Origin: Fimbriimonadaceae bacterium
Lineage (GTDB): Bacteria > Armatimonadota > Fimbriimonadia > Fimbriimonadales > Fimbriimonadaceae
DNA length: 44,831 nt
Reading direction: 5' to 3'
NCBI GenBank assembly: GCA_020849075.1
Contig: JADLGZ010000018.1
Location: 1 to 44,831 of the forward strand
The notes under the pieces were generated by a model, which was not told the DNA's origin, did no database searches, and worked only from the letters and a program-made list of their open reading frames with translations. Shown here piece after piece: positions 19,237-28,035 of this stretch (its first letter is position 1; each line of letters begins with the position of its first letter). Position numbers and translations under genes: made by a program.

Positions 19237-20204
19237 CACGGTTCGTTCCTGCGATCATTCTCATTTTGCTTCTCTCGCTTTGGGCATTTGGGGTGAACCC
19301 AATAACTGGCTGCGAGATCATTGCTCGTGGAGCATTCGGCGGAGAGATCGGTCTGTCGAGGACATTGGTCGCAATGACCCCTCTCCTGCTGACGGGGCTC
19401 GGAATGGTGATCGCTTGGCGGGCTGGGATGTACAACATTGGTGGCGAAGGGCAATATATTATCGGCGGGCTTATGGGCGCTTCAGTCGCGAAGCTCCACT
19501 TCGGGGGGCCCGGTGTGATCTTGCTGTCAACCGGGCTGGGTGGTGCGTTCTATGGTGCGCTTGCGGGCTGGCTCCAAGTCAAGCGCGGAGTGCATGCGGC
19601 GATATCAACGATCTTGCTCAACTTTATTGCCTTGCAGATCCTCGCTTGGGCGGTAACGGGCCCCCTTCAGGCCCCAGGCACCACCGCGAGTCAAACCGCA
19701 ACACTAGAACCCGGCCAGATGCTGGCCAAGTGGTCAAACCGCACTGATCTTCATTCGGGGGTGCTTCTGGCTGTCCTTCTCAGTTTCGCCGTGTGGATGT
19801 TGCTGAGCTACACAAGCTTTGGATTCCATCTCCGCCTAACGGGGGAAAATCCATTGGCGGCTAGGGCCGCGATGTTGAATGCGGATCGCATCCGAGTTCA
19901 GGCGATCGCCCTAAGCGGTGGACTCTGCGGCCTTGCCGGGGGCGTTCAATTTTTGGGCACAAGCGGTGTCATTGATGTTGGTTTCAATCAGCAATGGGGA
20001 TTCTTGGGAATTCCGGTTGCCTTACTCGGTGGCCTCAATGCTCTCGGAGCACTAGCGTCAAGCTTTTTGTTCGGCGCGCTGATGGCCGGTACGCAATCGC
20101 TTTCGCGATCCGTTCTCGGTGGAGATCTCCTGATCTTCGTTATACAAGGTGCCGCAGTTCTGACCTTCTTAGCGATGCGCAAGCGGGAGAGAGGCAATGC
20201 TTGA
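19233..20204 (+). CDS. ABC transporter permease (BMP-associated, branched-chain/ribose-type fold)
   Basis: Polytopic membrane protein. Its TTG start overlaps the ATPase stop (TTGA). NIGGEGQ motif typical of these permeases. Confidence 0.8.
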   Translation: MTRFVPAIILILLLSLWAFGVNPITGCEIIARGAFGGEIGLSRTLVAMTPLLLTGLGMVIAWRAGMYNIGGEGQYIIGGLMGASVAKLHFGGPGVILLSTGLGGAFYGALAGWLQVKRGVHAAISTILLNFIALQILAWAVTGPLQAPGTTASQTATLEPGQMLAKWSNRTDLHSGVLLAVLLSFAVWMLLSYTSFGFHLRLTGENPLAARAAMLNADRIRVQAIALSGGLCGLAGGVQFLGTSGVIDVGFNQQWGFLGIPVALLGGLNALGALASSFLFGALMAGTQSLSRSVLGGDLLIFVIQGAAVLTFLAMRKRERGNA

Positions 20205-21039
20205 CTTGCTGAGATTCGCGGCTCCAGTGGCGTTCGCTAGTCTTGGCGAGACCGTTGGGCAGCGAGCTGGTGTGCTCAACATTGGCTTAGAGGGCATGAT
20301 GCTCTCGGGGGCTTATGCTGGCATGCTCGCAACTCGTCAAACGGGAAATCCTTGGGTAGGCATATTGGCGGGAGTTGTCGCGGCAGTGCTGGTTGGACTC
20401 TTGCAACTCATCTTCGTCCTCAAGCTGGAGGCTGATCAGGTCGTCGCGGGGACAGCAATCAACTTGCTCGCGCTGGGTGTAACCAGTGCCAGTTACCGAA
20501 AAATTTTTGGTGAGAGTGGCGAGCTTCTGAGCATTCCATCAATATCGAATTCAGCGCTCATAGGATTCATGGTTTTGAGCGTTCCAATGCTGACTTGGCT
20601 TCTGTTCAAGACCCGATGGGGACTTGCCTTGAGAGCCGCAGGTGAGTACCCCGATGCCGTTCAAGCGAGTGGTTTCAGCGTGGTCAAGCTCCGCCTTCAG
20701 GCTTGCCTAATTGGAGCAGCCTACGCGGGACTAGCTGGCGCCCACCTAAGTATTGTTAATGCAGCCAGCTTCCAAGAAGAATTGACAAAGGGGCGGGGCT
20801 TCATTGCCATCGCTATGGTCACCTTCGGCCGGTTCAATCCTGCATGGGCGTTCGTGGCGAGTGTCGTGATTGGAGGAGCAGAGATGCTCCAGTATCGCCT
20901 TCAAGCACAGAGCATTCAAGCTCCACCTCAATTATTCTTGGCCTTGCCGTATGTTTTTGCCCTGCTAGTATTGGTATTTGTTGGGAAAGGTGGCCGAGCG
21001 CCGGGAGCTTTGGGAATACCGTACCGTAAGGAACAGTGA
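20197..21039 (+). CDS. ABC transporter permease (second subunit)
   Basis: Polytopic, with an NIGLEGMM motif. The ATG overlaps the previous permease by 8 nt. Confidence 0.8.
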   Translation: MLDLLRFAAPVAFASLGETVGQRAGVLNIGLEGMMLSGAYAGMLATRQTGNPWVGILAGVVAAVLVGLLQLIFVLKLEADQVVAGTAINLLALGVTSASYRKIFGESGELLSIPSISNSALIGFMVLSVPMLTWLLFKTRWGLALRAAGEYPDAVQASGFSVVKLRLQACLIGAAYAGLAGAHLSIVNAASFQEELTKGRGFIAIAMVTFGRFNPAWAFVASVVIGGAEMLQYRLQAQSIQAPPQLFLALPYVFALLVLVFVGKGGRAPGALGIPYRKEQ

Positions 21040-21857
21040 TGGGCGCAGTCCGACTTACCCGAAGAGTCATGTTCAGTAGCGGGCACCGCTATTGGAATGC
21101 CTCCCTATCCGCGGAGGAGAATCGTGCCCGGTTCGGGCCGTGGGCCTCGCCTTTCAACCACGGACACAACTATGTGCTATTTGTCACCACCATCGGACGC
21201 GTCAACCCGCTTGACGGCATGGTTATCAATATCAAGACTATTGATGACCTTTTGCAAGAACACGTTGTGGCAAGATTTGACCAACGCTCAATCAACGATG
21301 AAATACCTCCATTCGACGTATCCCCACCGACAACAGAAAACCTTGTCCGGTATTTTGCTGATCTATTGCCTAGACATCTCCCGGATGAGGCTCAGCTTGA
21401 TGAACTTAGGCTGGAGGAAACCCCGACCCTCTTTGGCGGTTGGAAGGCAAACATCGTGACCCTAACGAGAAGCTATGAATTTGCGGCAGCTCATCGGTTG
21501 CACAGTGCAAACTTGTCAGAAGCTCAGAATCTCGAAATCTACGGCAAGTGCAACAACGCGGCTGGGCATGGTCACAACTATGTGCTAGAAGTCGAAGTCA
21601 CGGGGCCCATCAACGCTGAAACCGGGATGATGGTGGATTTATCAACATTAGATGCGATCGTGAATCGAGAGGTCGTCGATCGGTACGACCACCACAACTT
21701 CAACTGCGACCTTCCTGAATTCGAAGGCAAGAATCCGACTAGCGAAGTCGTATGCGAAGAGATTTTCTCGCGTCTCGCTTCTTCCCTACCGGTGAAGCTG
21801 GTCAGCATCCGACTTTGGGAAACGCAACGCAATATGTTTGAGGTGCGGGCTGAGTAA
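21039..21857 (+). CDS. Tandem-domain 6-pyruvoyl-tetrahydropterin synthase / QueD-like protein
   Basis: Two PTPS-like halves: SSGHRYWN...FNHGHNYVL and FAAAHRLHS...GKCNNAAGHGHNYVLEVEV...DHHNFN. ATG 21039 overlaps the permease stop (TGATG) and has AAGGAA 5 nt upstream. Confidence 0.75.
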   Translation: MGAVRLTRRVMFSSGHRYWNASLSAEENRARFGPWASPFNHGHNYVLFVTTIGRVNPLDGMVINIKTIDDLLQEHVVARFDQRSINDEIPPFDVSPPTTENLVRYFADLLPRHLPDEAQLDELRLEETPTLFGGWKANIVTLTRSYEFAAAHRLHSANLSEAQNLEIYGKCNNAAGHGHNYVLEVEVTGPINAETGMMVDLSTLDAIVNREVVDRYDHHNFNCDLPEFEGKNPTSEVVCEEIFSRLASSLPVKLVSIRLWETQRNMFEVRAE

Positions 21858-22548
21858 GCGCGTTCTCATCACGGGAGCAAGTAGCGGGATCGGTCGGGCC
21901 ACCGCGTTTGAACTAGCCAAGGAAGGCTACAGTTTGGTCTTAGCCGCTCGACGGGAGAACTTGCTCTTGCAGACGTCAACGGAGTGCATGAAGTTGGGCG
22001 CACCAGCGGTCGTTCCAGTGCCTTGCGACATCACGCAGGATGTGGGCAGAGAACGCGCCGCGCTGGCCCTTGGCGAACTGCCCAATGACCTTGAACCATG
22101 CCTCGTCAACAATGCAGGCATCGGCGAGTTCGGCCCATTTTCTGACATGAAGGGGCCCGACATCGAAAGCCAGATCCAAACCAATTTGGTTGGCACCATC
22201 GCGCTGACCCATCGCGTTTTGCCCCTCTTCGCGAACGGCGGACGAATGATCAATGTCCTTAGCGTTGCCGCCTCGGTGCCTTTGTCAGGAGCCGCCGTAT
22301 ATGGAGCGAGCAAGGCAGGCCTGCGGATGTTTGGCTTGGTCTTGCAAGCCGAACTTCGAAGCCAGGGTGTCGTCATCACGAATCTTTTGCCGGGAGCAAC
22401 CAGCACGGACATGTGGTCCGAGAACTCACCCCGAGAAGACATGTTGCCCCCAGAGGCCCTTGCCGAGACGATCGCTTGGCTCCTTGCCTTACCCAAAGAT
22501 CGTGTGGTGGAGGAGATGAGCCTAATGCCGCCCAAGGGAATCTTGTAG
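21838..22548 (+). CDS. Short-chain dehydrogenase/reductase (SDR)
   Basis: Motifs ITGASSGIGRATA (TGxxxGxG), NNAG and YGASKAG (YxxxK). The TTG start overlaps the upstream gene by 20 nt. Confidence 0.8.
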   Translation: MRCGLSKRVLITGASSGIGRATAFELAKEGYSLVLAARRENLLLQTSTECMKLGAPAVVPVPCDITQDVGRERAALALGELPNDLEPCLVNNAGIGEFGPFSDMKGPDIESQIQTNLVGTIALTHRVLPLFANGGRMINVLSVAASVPLSGAAVYGASKAGLRMFGLVLQAELRSQGVVITNLLPGATSTDMWSENSPREDMLPPEALAETIAWLLALPKDRVVEEMSLMPPKGIL

Positions 22549-22550
22549 TC

Positions 22551-24167
22551 TTATTGGTTGGCCCATCGGTTGATCAGCCACCAACAAGCCTGGTCGTGAG
22601 GGACGAACTTGGGATGAGTGATTACCTCCCACGCCGGGAGGTATCCGAGTGACCCATCACCATAAGTGCGTACGCGCTGCATTACCTTTTCCACCCACTC
22701 CTTGCCAATCCGGCACCGTTCGATATCGGCCAACGAACCTCCAATGCGCTGGTGGTTCCACCGAGCGTATTTAGCAAGATCATCAAAGACTTGACGGGAG
22801 GCCGCCAGCTTTGCGACGGCTGCCTCAGTCTGGCCGCGTGCATAGAGCAGTCGAGCTTCTTCTGCGATCTTGACAAAGCTCATCCCGCTACGCAGGAGCA
22901 TTGCCGGTCCCTTGTATGCCTCTTCAGGGGCAACCATTAAGGCTTCCTCGGCAATCTCGGCGGCTCGGTTCCCCCGTTCTTCCTCGGCAAGATCCTCGGC
23001 ATGATGCATCCACAACAGGAATGGGTTGCTCATCAATAGGAGCCGAGTCTTGAGCCAACTCCTAATTTGGCCCGGGGTAAATCCGCCGCCAAGTGAGGCC
23101 AGCTTTTCGCTCATTAGTCTCGCCCATTCTTCATGGGCTTCACTCTCACGTGCGTACTCCTCATAGAACGAGCCTTGGCTACCGTTCATAATCGCCGCGC
23201 TAGCCCGCAGGGCTGGAAACAACGTGTCGTAGGCCCCGAACATGCCGCATTCCCATGTCGTTACGCACTCGCCAAAGAGGTTGAGCTCCCGAACATCATC
23301 GGCCACCTCACGAACGTTCTTCTCGCTGGCCTCAACATGCTGCCAGGTCGCATTATAAGTCTGAATAGCGGGACAACCCACCACCTCAAATCCATGGTCC
23401 CGGAACATAGGCGCCCATTCAGAAACCCCCTTAAAGTATTGCCATTCAAAGATCAGGGTGCTCTTGGGCATAAAGCCGAGAGCATGCGGATGATCATGGA
23501 ACATATCTCCCCACACTGCAGGCCGGCGTCCCCTCTCAACAACCGCCTTGGCAAGCGGGCCGAAATGAGCTCCATAGAGGAGCGCCTTTCCATCTTGTTC
23601 GCCCCTGTTTTGACAAAGTAGTTCGTCAATGCGCGCCTTACTCGCGTCGCTAGCACCTAACTGCCAAGTTTCATCGCCCCCAATATGGATGATCTCACTG
23701 TCGAAAATGGTGCATGTATCTTCAATTATTTGCTGACAAAGCTTTACAAAAGTCGGATTAGCAGGGGAGGCTTGTAGTCCGGAAAAGAGCTCTTCTCGAA
23801 ATTGCTTGCCGGTCTCGGTATAGAGGAACCCTTCAAAGTGCCCCAGTAGATTTATAAAAGGAATCAGAACTAAACTTGGAAATTCTGACCGCAACCGTGC
23901 GATCATCTCCGGCGTGACGCAGCCTTTGCCATGAGCCCAGGGCGTCGAAGGGTAGGCAAACCGGTGCTCCATATAGAGACCGAGGGCATTGAAGCCGGCT
24001 TCCTGAGTGAATGATGCGATCTGGTAAAGGTGGTCAATCGTGGGTGCCTGCTCTCGAGCCAAGTCATAAGTCCACATCTTCAACTGCATGACAACAGTAT
24101 GCAGTGGTACCTTCTTAGGATGTTCGCCAGCATCATGGGCAGCGCCGAAAAATCGGCTTCCACTCAA
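22551..24167 (-). CDS. Glycoside hydrolase family 20-like (beta-N-acetylhexosaminidase-type catalytic domain) protein, cytoplasmic
   Basis: IIHIGGDE motif (the GH20 D-E pair). Also YDLAREQAPTIDHLYQIASFTQEAGFNALGLYMEHRF and IPFINLLGHFEG, with a helical C-terminal half. Start uncertain: TTG 24167 has AAGGAAG 5 nt upstream; the alternative ATGs 24089 and 24077 lack an SD. Confidence 0.6.
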   Translation of the reverse strand: MSGSRFFGAAHDAGEHPKKVPLHTVVMQLKMWTYDLAREQAPTIDHLYQIASFTQEAGFNALGLYMEHRFAYPSTPWAHGKGCVTPEMIARLRSEFPSLVLIPFINLLGHFEGFLYTETGKQFREELFSGLQASPANPTFVKLCQQIIEDTCTIFDSEIIHIGGDETWQLGASDASKARIDELLCQNRGEQDGKALLYGAHFGPLAKAVVERGRRPAVWGDMFHDHPHALGFMPKSTLIFEWQYFKGVSEWAPMFRDHGFEVVGCPAIQTYNATWQHVEASEKNVREVADDVRELNLFGECVTTWECGMFGAYDTLFPALRASAAIMNGSQGSFYEEYARESEAHEEWARLMSEKLASLGGGFTPGQIRSWLKTRLLLMSNPFLLWMHHAEDLAEEERGNRAAEIAEEALMVAPEEAYKGPAMLLRSGMSFVKIAEEARLLYARGQTEAAVAKLAASRQVFDDLAKYARWNHQRIGGSLADIERCRIGKEWVEKVMQRVRTYGDGSLGYLPAWEVITHPKFVPHDQACWWLINRWANQ

Positions 24168-25472
24168 GCCATCTTCCTTAACCCAAGCCTAAACGCACCC
24201 AAGGGCATTTCGATACCGACCAATTTTAAGGGCAAACGAGGCGAACTTAAAGAAGTTCTTGATACAGGGGGACGCACCTTTTTTGTCGGCACGGGACCAG
24301 ACGGCGACATCTTCCATGCGGCTGGTGTGCTGGGTCGGAAGCTAGCAGAGCTTGAGATTCACGAAGTCCAAGTCCTAGGCGACATTGACGCAGTACAACT
24401 AGGAGCTGGTCTCGGGGTCCTAGGCTGGAACCCAACCCAGTTCAAAGGCGCGGGCACCCCAAAGAAGGAGCTCGTGAACCTCACGGTTCAGTTGGAGGAC
24501 ACCGCGGCTTTCAAGAAGGGCCAAGGTATCGGGGACGCGATGAACCTGAGCCGGGACCTGAGCCTCACCCCACCTAACATTGCGACGACCGATTTCATTG
24601 CAAAGCAAGCGGAAAAGCTTGCCAAAGATGCCGGTCTTGAGTGCAAGATTTTTCGAGGCAAGGATCTTGAAAAGGAGAGACTGGTTGGCCACATCAATGT
24701 TGGAAAAGCCAGCGAGAATGAGCCCTGCTTCATTCGTCTCGCTTACAATCCAACGGGGGCCAAGGCTAAGCCGGTTGTCTTGGTCGGCAAGACCATGTGC
24801 TATGACACGGGCGGACTGAGCCTAAAAATTAGCGGCAGTATGGTTGGCATGAAGCAGGATAAAGATGGTGGATGTGCTGTCCTAGGCGCCATGCACCTCA
24901 TCGCTAAGACCCTCAAACCCAACGTACCGGTTATTGCCCTGCTGTGTGTCGCGGAGAACTCGGTCAGCGATGAAGCCTACCGTCCCGATGACATCCTGAC
25001 CTATCGCAATGGGGTGACGGTGGAGGTCACCAATACCGACGCTGAGGGTCGCCTCGTGCTCGCGGATGGCCTCTGCTGGGCGTGCGACCAAGAGGACCCA
25101 GCGGTCATCGTTGATATTGCTACATTGACGGGCGGCGTAGTGACGGCGCTTGGCAAGGTCTACGCCGGCGGATTTGGTAACGATGAAGAATCTTACAGCG
25201 CAATGAACACGGCATCCACGGCAACTGGAGAGCGAGTTTGGAGATTGCCTCTGCATGAGGACTATCGCGAAATGATGAAATCGCCTGTCGCCGACATTCT
25301 TAACTCAAACCCAAATCGACAAGCCCATCCCATTCAGGGAGCCGCGTTCCTCTCCTACTTTGTGAATGAAAAAACGCCGTGGATTCACCTTGATATTGCG
25401 GGCGTCCACAATGCCGAGAAGGACAGCGGCCCGTTCATCAAGGGACCAAATGCTTTTGGGGTGCGCCTATGA
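24135..25472 (+). CDS. pepA: Leucyl aminopeptidase (M17 family)
   Basis: NTDAEGRLVLAD signature, VGKTMCYDTGGLSLK and MKQDKDGG. Start uncertain: in-frame ATGs at 24099, 24120 and 24135, none with a clear SD. Confidence 0.8.
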   Translation: MGSAEKSASTQAIFLNPSLNAPKGISIPTNFKGKRGELKEVLDTGGRTFFVGTGPDGDIFHAAGVLGRKLAELEIHEVQVLGDIDAVQLGAGLGVLGWNPTQFKGAGTPKKELVNLTVQLEDTAAFKKGQGIGDAMNLSRDLSLTPPNIATTDFIAKQAEKLAKDAGLECKIFRGKDLEKERLVGHINVGKASENEPCFIRLAYNPTGAKAKPVVLVGKTMCYDTGGLSLKISGSMVGMKQDKDGGCAVLGAMHLIAKTLKPNVPVIALLCVAENSVSDEAYRPDDILTYRNGVTVEVTNTDAEGRLVLADGLCWACDQEDPAVIVDIATLTGGVVTALGKVYAGGFGNDEESYSAMNTASTATGERVWRLPLHEDYREMMKSPVADILNSNPNRQAHPIQGAAFLSYFVNEKTPWIHLDIAGVHNAEKDSGPFIKGPNAFGVRL

Positions 25473-25501
25473 GCAGAGTTTGTTGCAAGTTGGAAAGGTA
25501 G

Positions 25502-25870
25502 CTAAGCAGTCCGTTTCTTGGCCATGAAGTGAGCTGATGAAAGCGCTAGCAGAACGAGCAACCCCACGACCCAAAGGGTCAGATTAGGCCAAGGCTTCCA
25601 GGTGGATTCTGTGACACCAACTAGCTTCATTTTGCCATCCACGCGAGTCGTCAGGGCAAATTGAATGGTCATGAGGAGGGCCAGGACCGTCGCCCCAATG
25701 TAGGCTAAGCGGGGCTTGCTTGGGACCAAGAAAAAGCAGACAAGAAGCAATAGCCCTACTCCTCCGCCCGCAATAAGGGAGGGGATGCTCCCCTTGCTGG
25801 AATAGGCTTCAATGCCTACGCCAAGATTGAAGAGTCCGTACAAGCCGACGAGTGCGCGGGGCCAAGCCAT
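25502..25870 (-). CDS. Small four-helix membrane protein, TMEM14-like
   Basis: GLFNLGVGIEAYSSKGSIPSLIAGGGVGLLLL resembles the TMEM14/UPF0136 pattern (GG..GY.K.GS.pSL.aG). Confidence 0.45.
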   Translation of the reverse strand: MAWPRALVGLYGLFNLGVGIEAYSSKGSIPSLIAGGGVGLLLLVCFFLVPSKPRLAYIGATVLALLMTIQFALTTRVDGKMKLVGVTESTWKPWPNLTLWVVGLLVLLALSSAHFMAKKRTA

Positions 25871-25887
25871 GACCCAATTGTACCGGG

Positions 25888-27978
25888 CTAAGCCGCCGCT
25901 TCAGCCTCAGGTTGAACTTGTCCCACGAATTCGACTTCGGCTCGAGATGACACTTCGTTATAGCTGAGGACATGAAGTTGCGGGATATATCTCTCCACGA
26001 GTCGCCGTAGCGGTAAGCGCAACGACGCCGAACATAGAACCACGGCCTGGATTCCTTGAGCCATTGCGTTTTCGGTCTGCTCACGGATACTTCGAATGAG
26101 TCCTTGCTGCGTCGCGGGGTCAATTGCAAGGATGCTTCCGCCTGCAGTGAGCTGAATTTGTTCGGTCAACCGTCGCTCCAAAGTTGGATCCAAGGTGATG
26201 CAGTAAAGCTTATTCTCGTGGTCGAGATATTGGCGGGTAATGGTACGACTGATCGCCGATCGTACAAGCTCGCCCATCTGCTCTGGGTCCTTAACGCGAC
26301 CAGAGTAGTCGGCCATCGTTTCGAGAATGGTGACCATGTCGCGGATGGGCACGCGCTCGCGCAATAGGTGCTGGAGGACCTTCTGAATATCGCCGATCTG
26401 AACCACGTTCGGAACTAATTCCTCAACAACGGCGGCATTGACCTGCTTAGCGTTTTCGACAATCTGGGCAACTTCTTGTCGGGAAAGAAGTTCGGCTGCA
26501 TAGGCCTTCACGATTTCGCTCAGGTGGGTGCTGATCATCGCGCTCGGTTCGATGACGGTGTAGCCATTTCTCTCAGCCACATCGCGGACTTCGCGGCTGA
26601 TCCAAATCGCATCAAGCCCGAAAACGGGGTCCTTTGTTACCTGCCCTGGAATCGGTTGGATGACCCCTCCACTATTGATTGCCAGGAGGAGGTCCGGCTC
26701 TGCGGTAGCACGGGCCACTTCCTCACCGCGCACCTTGATGACGTAGCTGTTGGGCGTCAGGGTAATAGCATCACGAATCCGAACGCTGGGCATCACGTAG
26801 CCGAGATCAATCGCGATTTGGCGCCTGGTAGCTGTGATCCTCTCGGGAAGATCGCCTCCCGCCTTGATGTCTGCGAGCTTGGTGAGACTGTAACCGATTT
26901 CGATTTCCAGTGGGTCAACACTCAGTAAAGGCATAACCGCTTCCGGCGAGGAAGGCGCAGGCCCGGCGGGAACTTGCTCCTTGGGGGCAGGTTCAGCCTT
27001 GGGGCTTGTGAACTTGGCGATTAGATCGCCATTCTTTCGGATGAATCGGCTCAAGGCAATGAGACCTCCTCCAACACCGAGGAAGATGATGGTCGGGAAG
27101 CCGGGCACGAAGCCAAACAAACAAAGGAATGCGCCGCTGGTCAGAATGGCCTTCTCTTGACTGGCAAGCTGAGAAAAGACTTCCCCACCCATGCTCCGCT
27201 CCTGCCCGGCACGGGTCACCAGCAAGCCGCTTGCGGTTGAGACCAACAGGGCTGGAATTTGAGCAACTAGACCTTCGCCGACGGATAAAAGAGCGTAGCG
27301 CTGGAGAATCTGAATGGCGTCGCCTTCTCCTCGAAAGAAGCCTACGGCGAAGCCACCGATAACGTTGATAATAATGATGAGGAGGGCGGCAATGGCATCG
27401 CCCTTGACGAACTTGCTCGCACCGTCCATCGCACCATAGAAGTCTGCCTCTTGCTTGACCTCCTTGCGCCGCTTTCGGGCAGCTTCCTCATCAATCAGCC
27501 CCGCGGCCAAATCAGCATCAATGGCCATCTGCTTACCTGGCATTGCGTCGAGGGTGAATCTAGCTACGACCTCTGAAACGCGACCCGCACCATTGGTGAT
27601 GACCAAGAACTGAACGGCCATCAGGATAAGGAAGGCAACAAATCCAACGACAAAGTCTCCTCCCATGACAAAGTTGCCAAAGGTCTCGATGACATGGCCA
27701 CCATCACCATGACCGAGAATGAGCTTTGTCGCCGCGATGCTCAGGGCAAGTCGAAACAGCGTTGTCACCAATAGCAACGACGGGAAGATGCTGAACTTCA
27801 TCGGCTCATCCACGTTCACCGCGCTCAACAGAATCAGTACAGAACTGGCGAGGGCGATACAAAGACCGAAGTCAAGGAGCCAGGTGGGTAGCGGAAGCAC
27901 CAGCATCGCCACGACAATTAAGAGGCCCACTCCGAGGAGCAGATCTGTGTTCTTAAGGAGACGCTGGAGAGCCTTCAT
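25888..27978 (-). CDS. flhA: FHIPEP-family type III export gate protein (FlhA/SctV)
   Basis: Motifs FPSLLLVTTLFRLALSIAATKLIL, ARFTLDAMPGKQMAIDADL, ADFYGAMDGASKFVKGDAIA, and a ~350 aa cytoplasmic C-terminal domain. Confidence 0.85.
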   Translation of the reverse strand: MKALQRLLKNTDLLLGVGLLIVVAMLVLPLPTWLLDFGLCIALASSVLILLSAVNVDEPMKFSIFPSLLLVTTLFRLALSIAATKLILGHGDGGHVIETFGNFVMGGDFVVGFVAFLILMAVQFLVITNGAGRVSEVVARFTLDAMPGKQMAIDADLAAGLIDEEAARKRRKEVKQEADFYGAMDGASKFVKGDAIAALLIIIINVIGGFAVGFFRGEGDAIQILQRYALLSVGEGLVAQIPALLVSTASGLLVTRAGQERSMGGEVFSQLASQEKAILTSGAFLCLFGFVPGFPTIIFLGVGGGLIALSRFIRKNGDLIAKFTSPKAEPAPKEQVPAGPAPSSPEAVMPLLSVDPLEIEIGYSLTKLADIKAGGDLPERITATRRQIAIDLGYVMPSVRIRDAITLTPNSYVIKVRGEEVARATAEPDLLLAINSGGVIQPIPGQVTKDPVFGLDAIWISREVRDVAERNGYTVIEPSAMISTHLSEIVKAYAAELLSRQEVAQIVENAKQVNAAVVEELVPNVVQIGDIQKVLQHLLRERVPIRDMVTILETMADYSGRVKDPEQMGELVRSAISRTITRQYLDHENKLYCITLDPTLERRLTEQIQLTAGGSILAIDPATQQGLIRSIREQTENAMAQGIQAVVLCSASLRLPLRRLVERYIPQLHVLSYNEVSSRAEVEFVGQVQPEAEAAA

Positions 27979-28035
27979 TCAAATGGCCCATTGGGGGCCA
28001 ATTGGATTGTCGGCTGATACCGGCTGATTCTTAAG

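Noticed and set aside
21927-22535. 202-aa minus-strand ORF opposite the SDR gene; likewise 9407..9913(+), 11725..12222(+), 12800..13243(+), 3158..3583(-), 151..507(-) and 7850..8236(+)
   Set aside because: Each lies antisense to a motif-supported CDS and is compositionally biased (Ser/Arg/Pro/Ala-rich). I treat them as shadow ORFs.
24089-24167. Apparent head-to-head overlap of the GH20-like and pepA reading frames
   Set aside because: This is a start-codon ambiguity, not biology I can support. Only TTG 24167 has a good SD, and the pepA ATGs (24099/24120/24135) lack one. N-terminal proteomics or homologue alignment is needed to resolve it.
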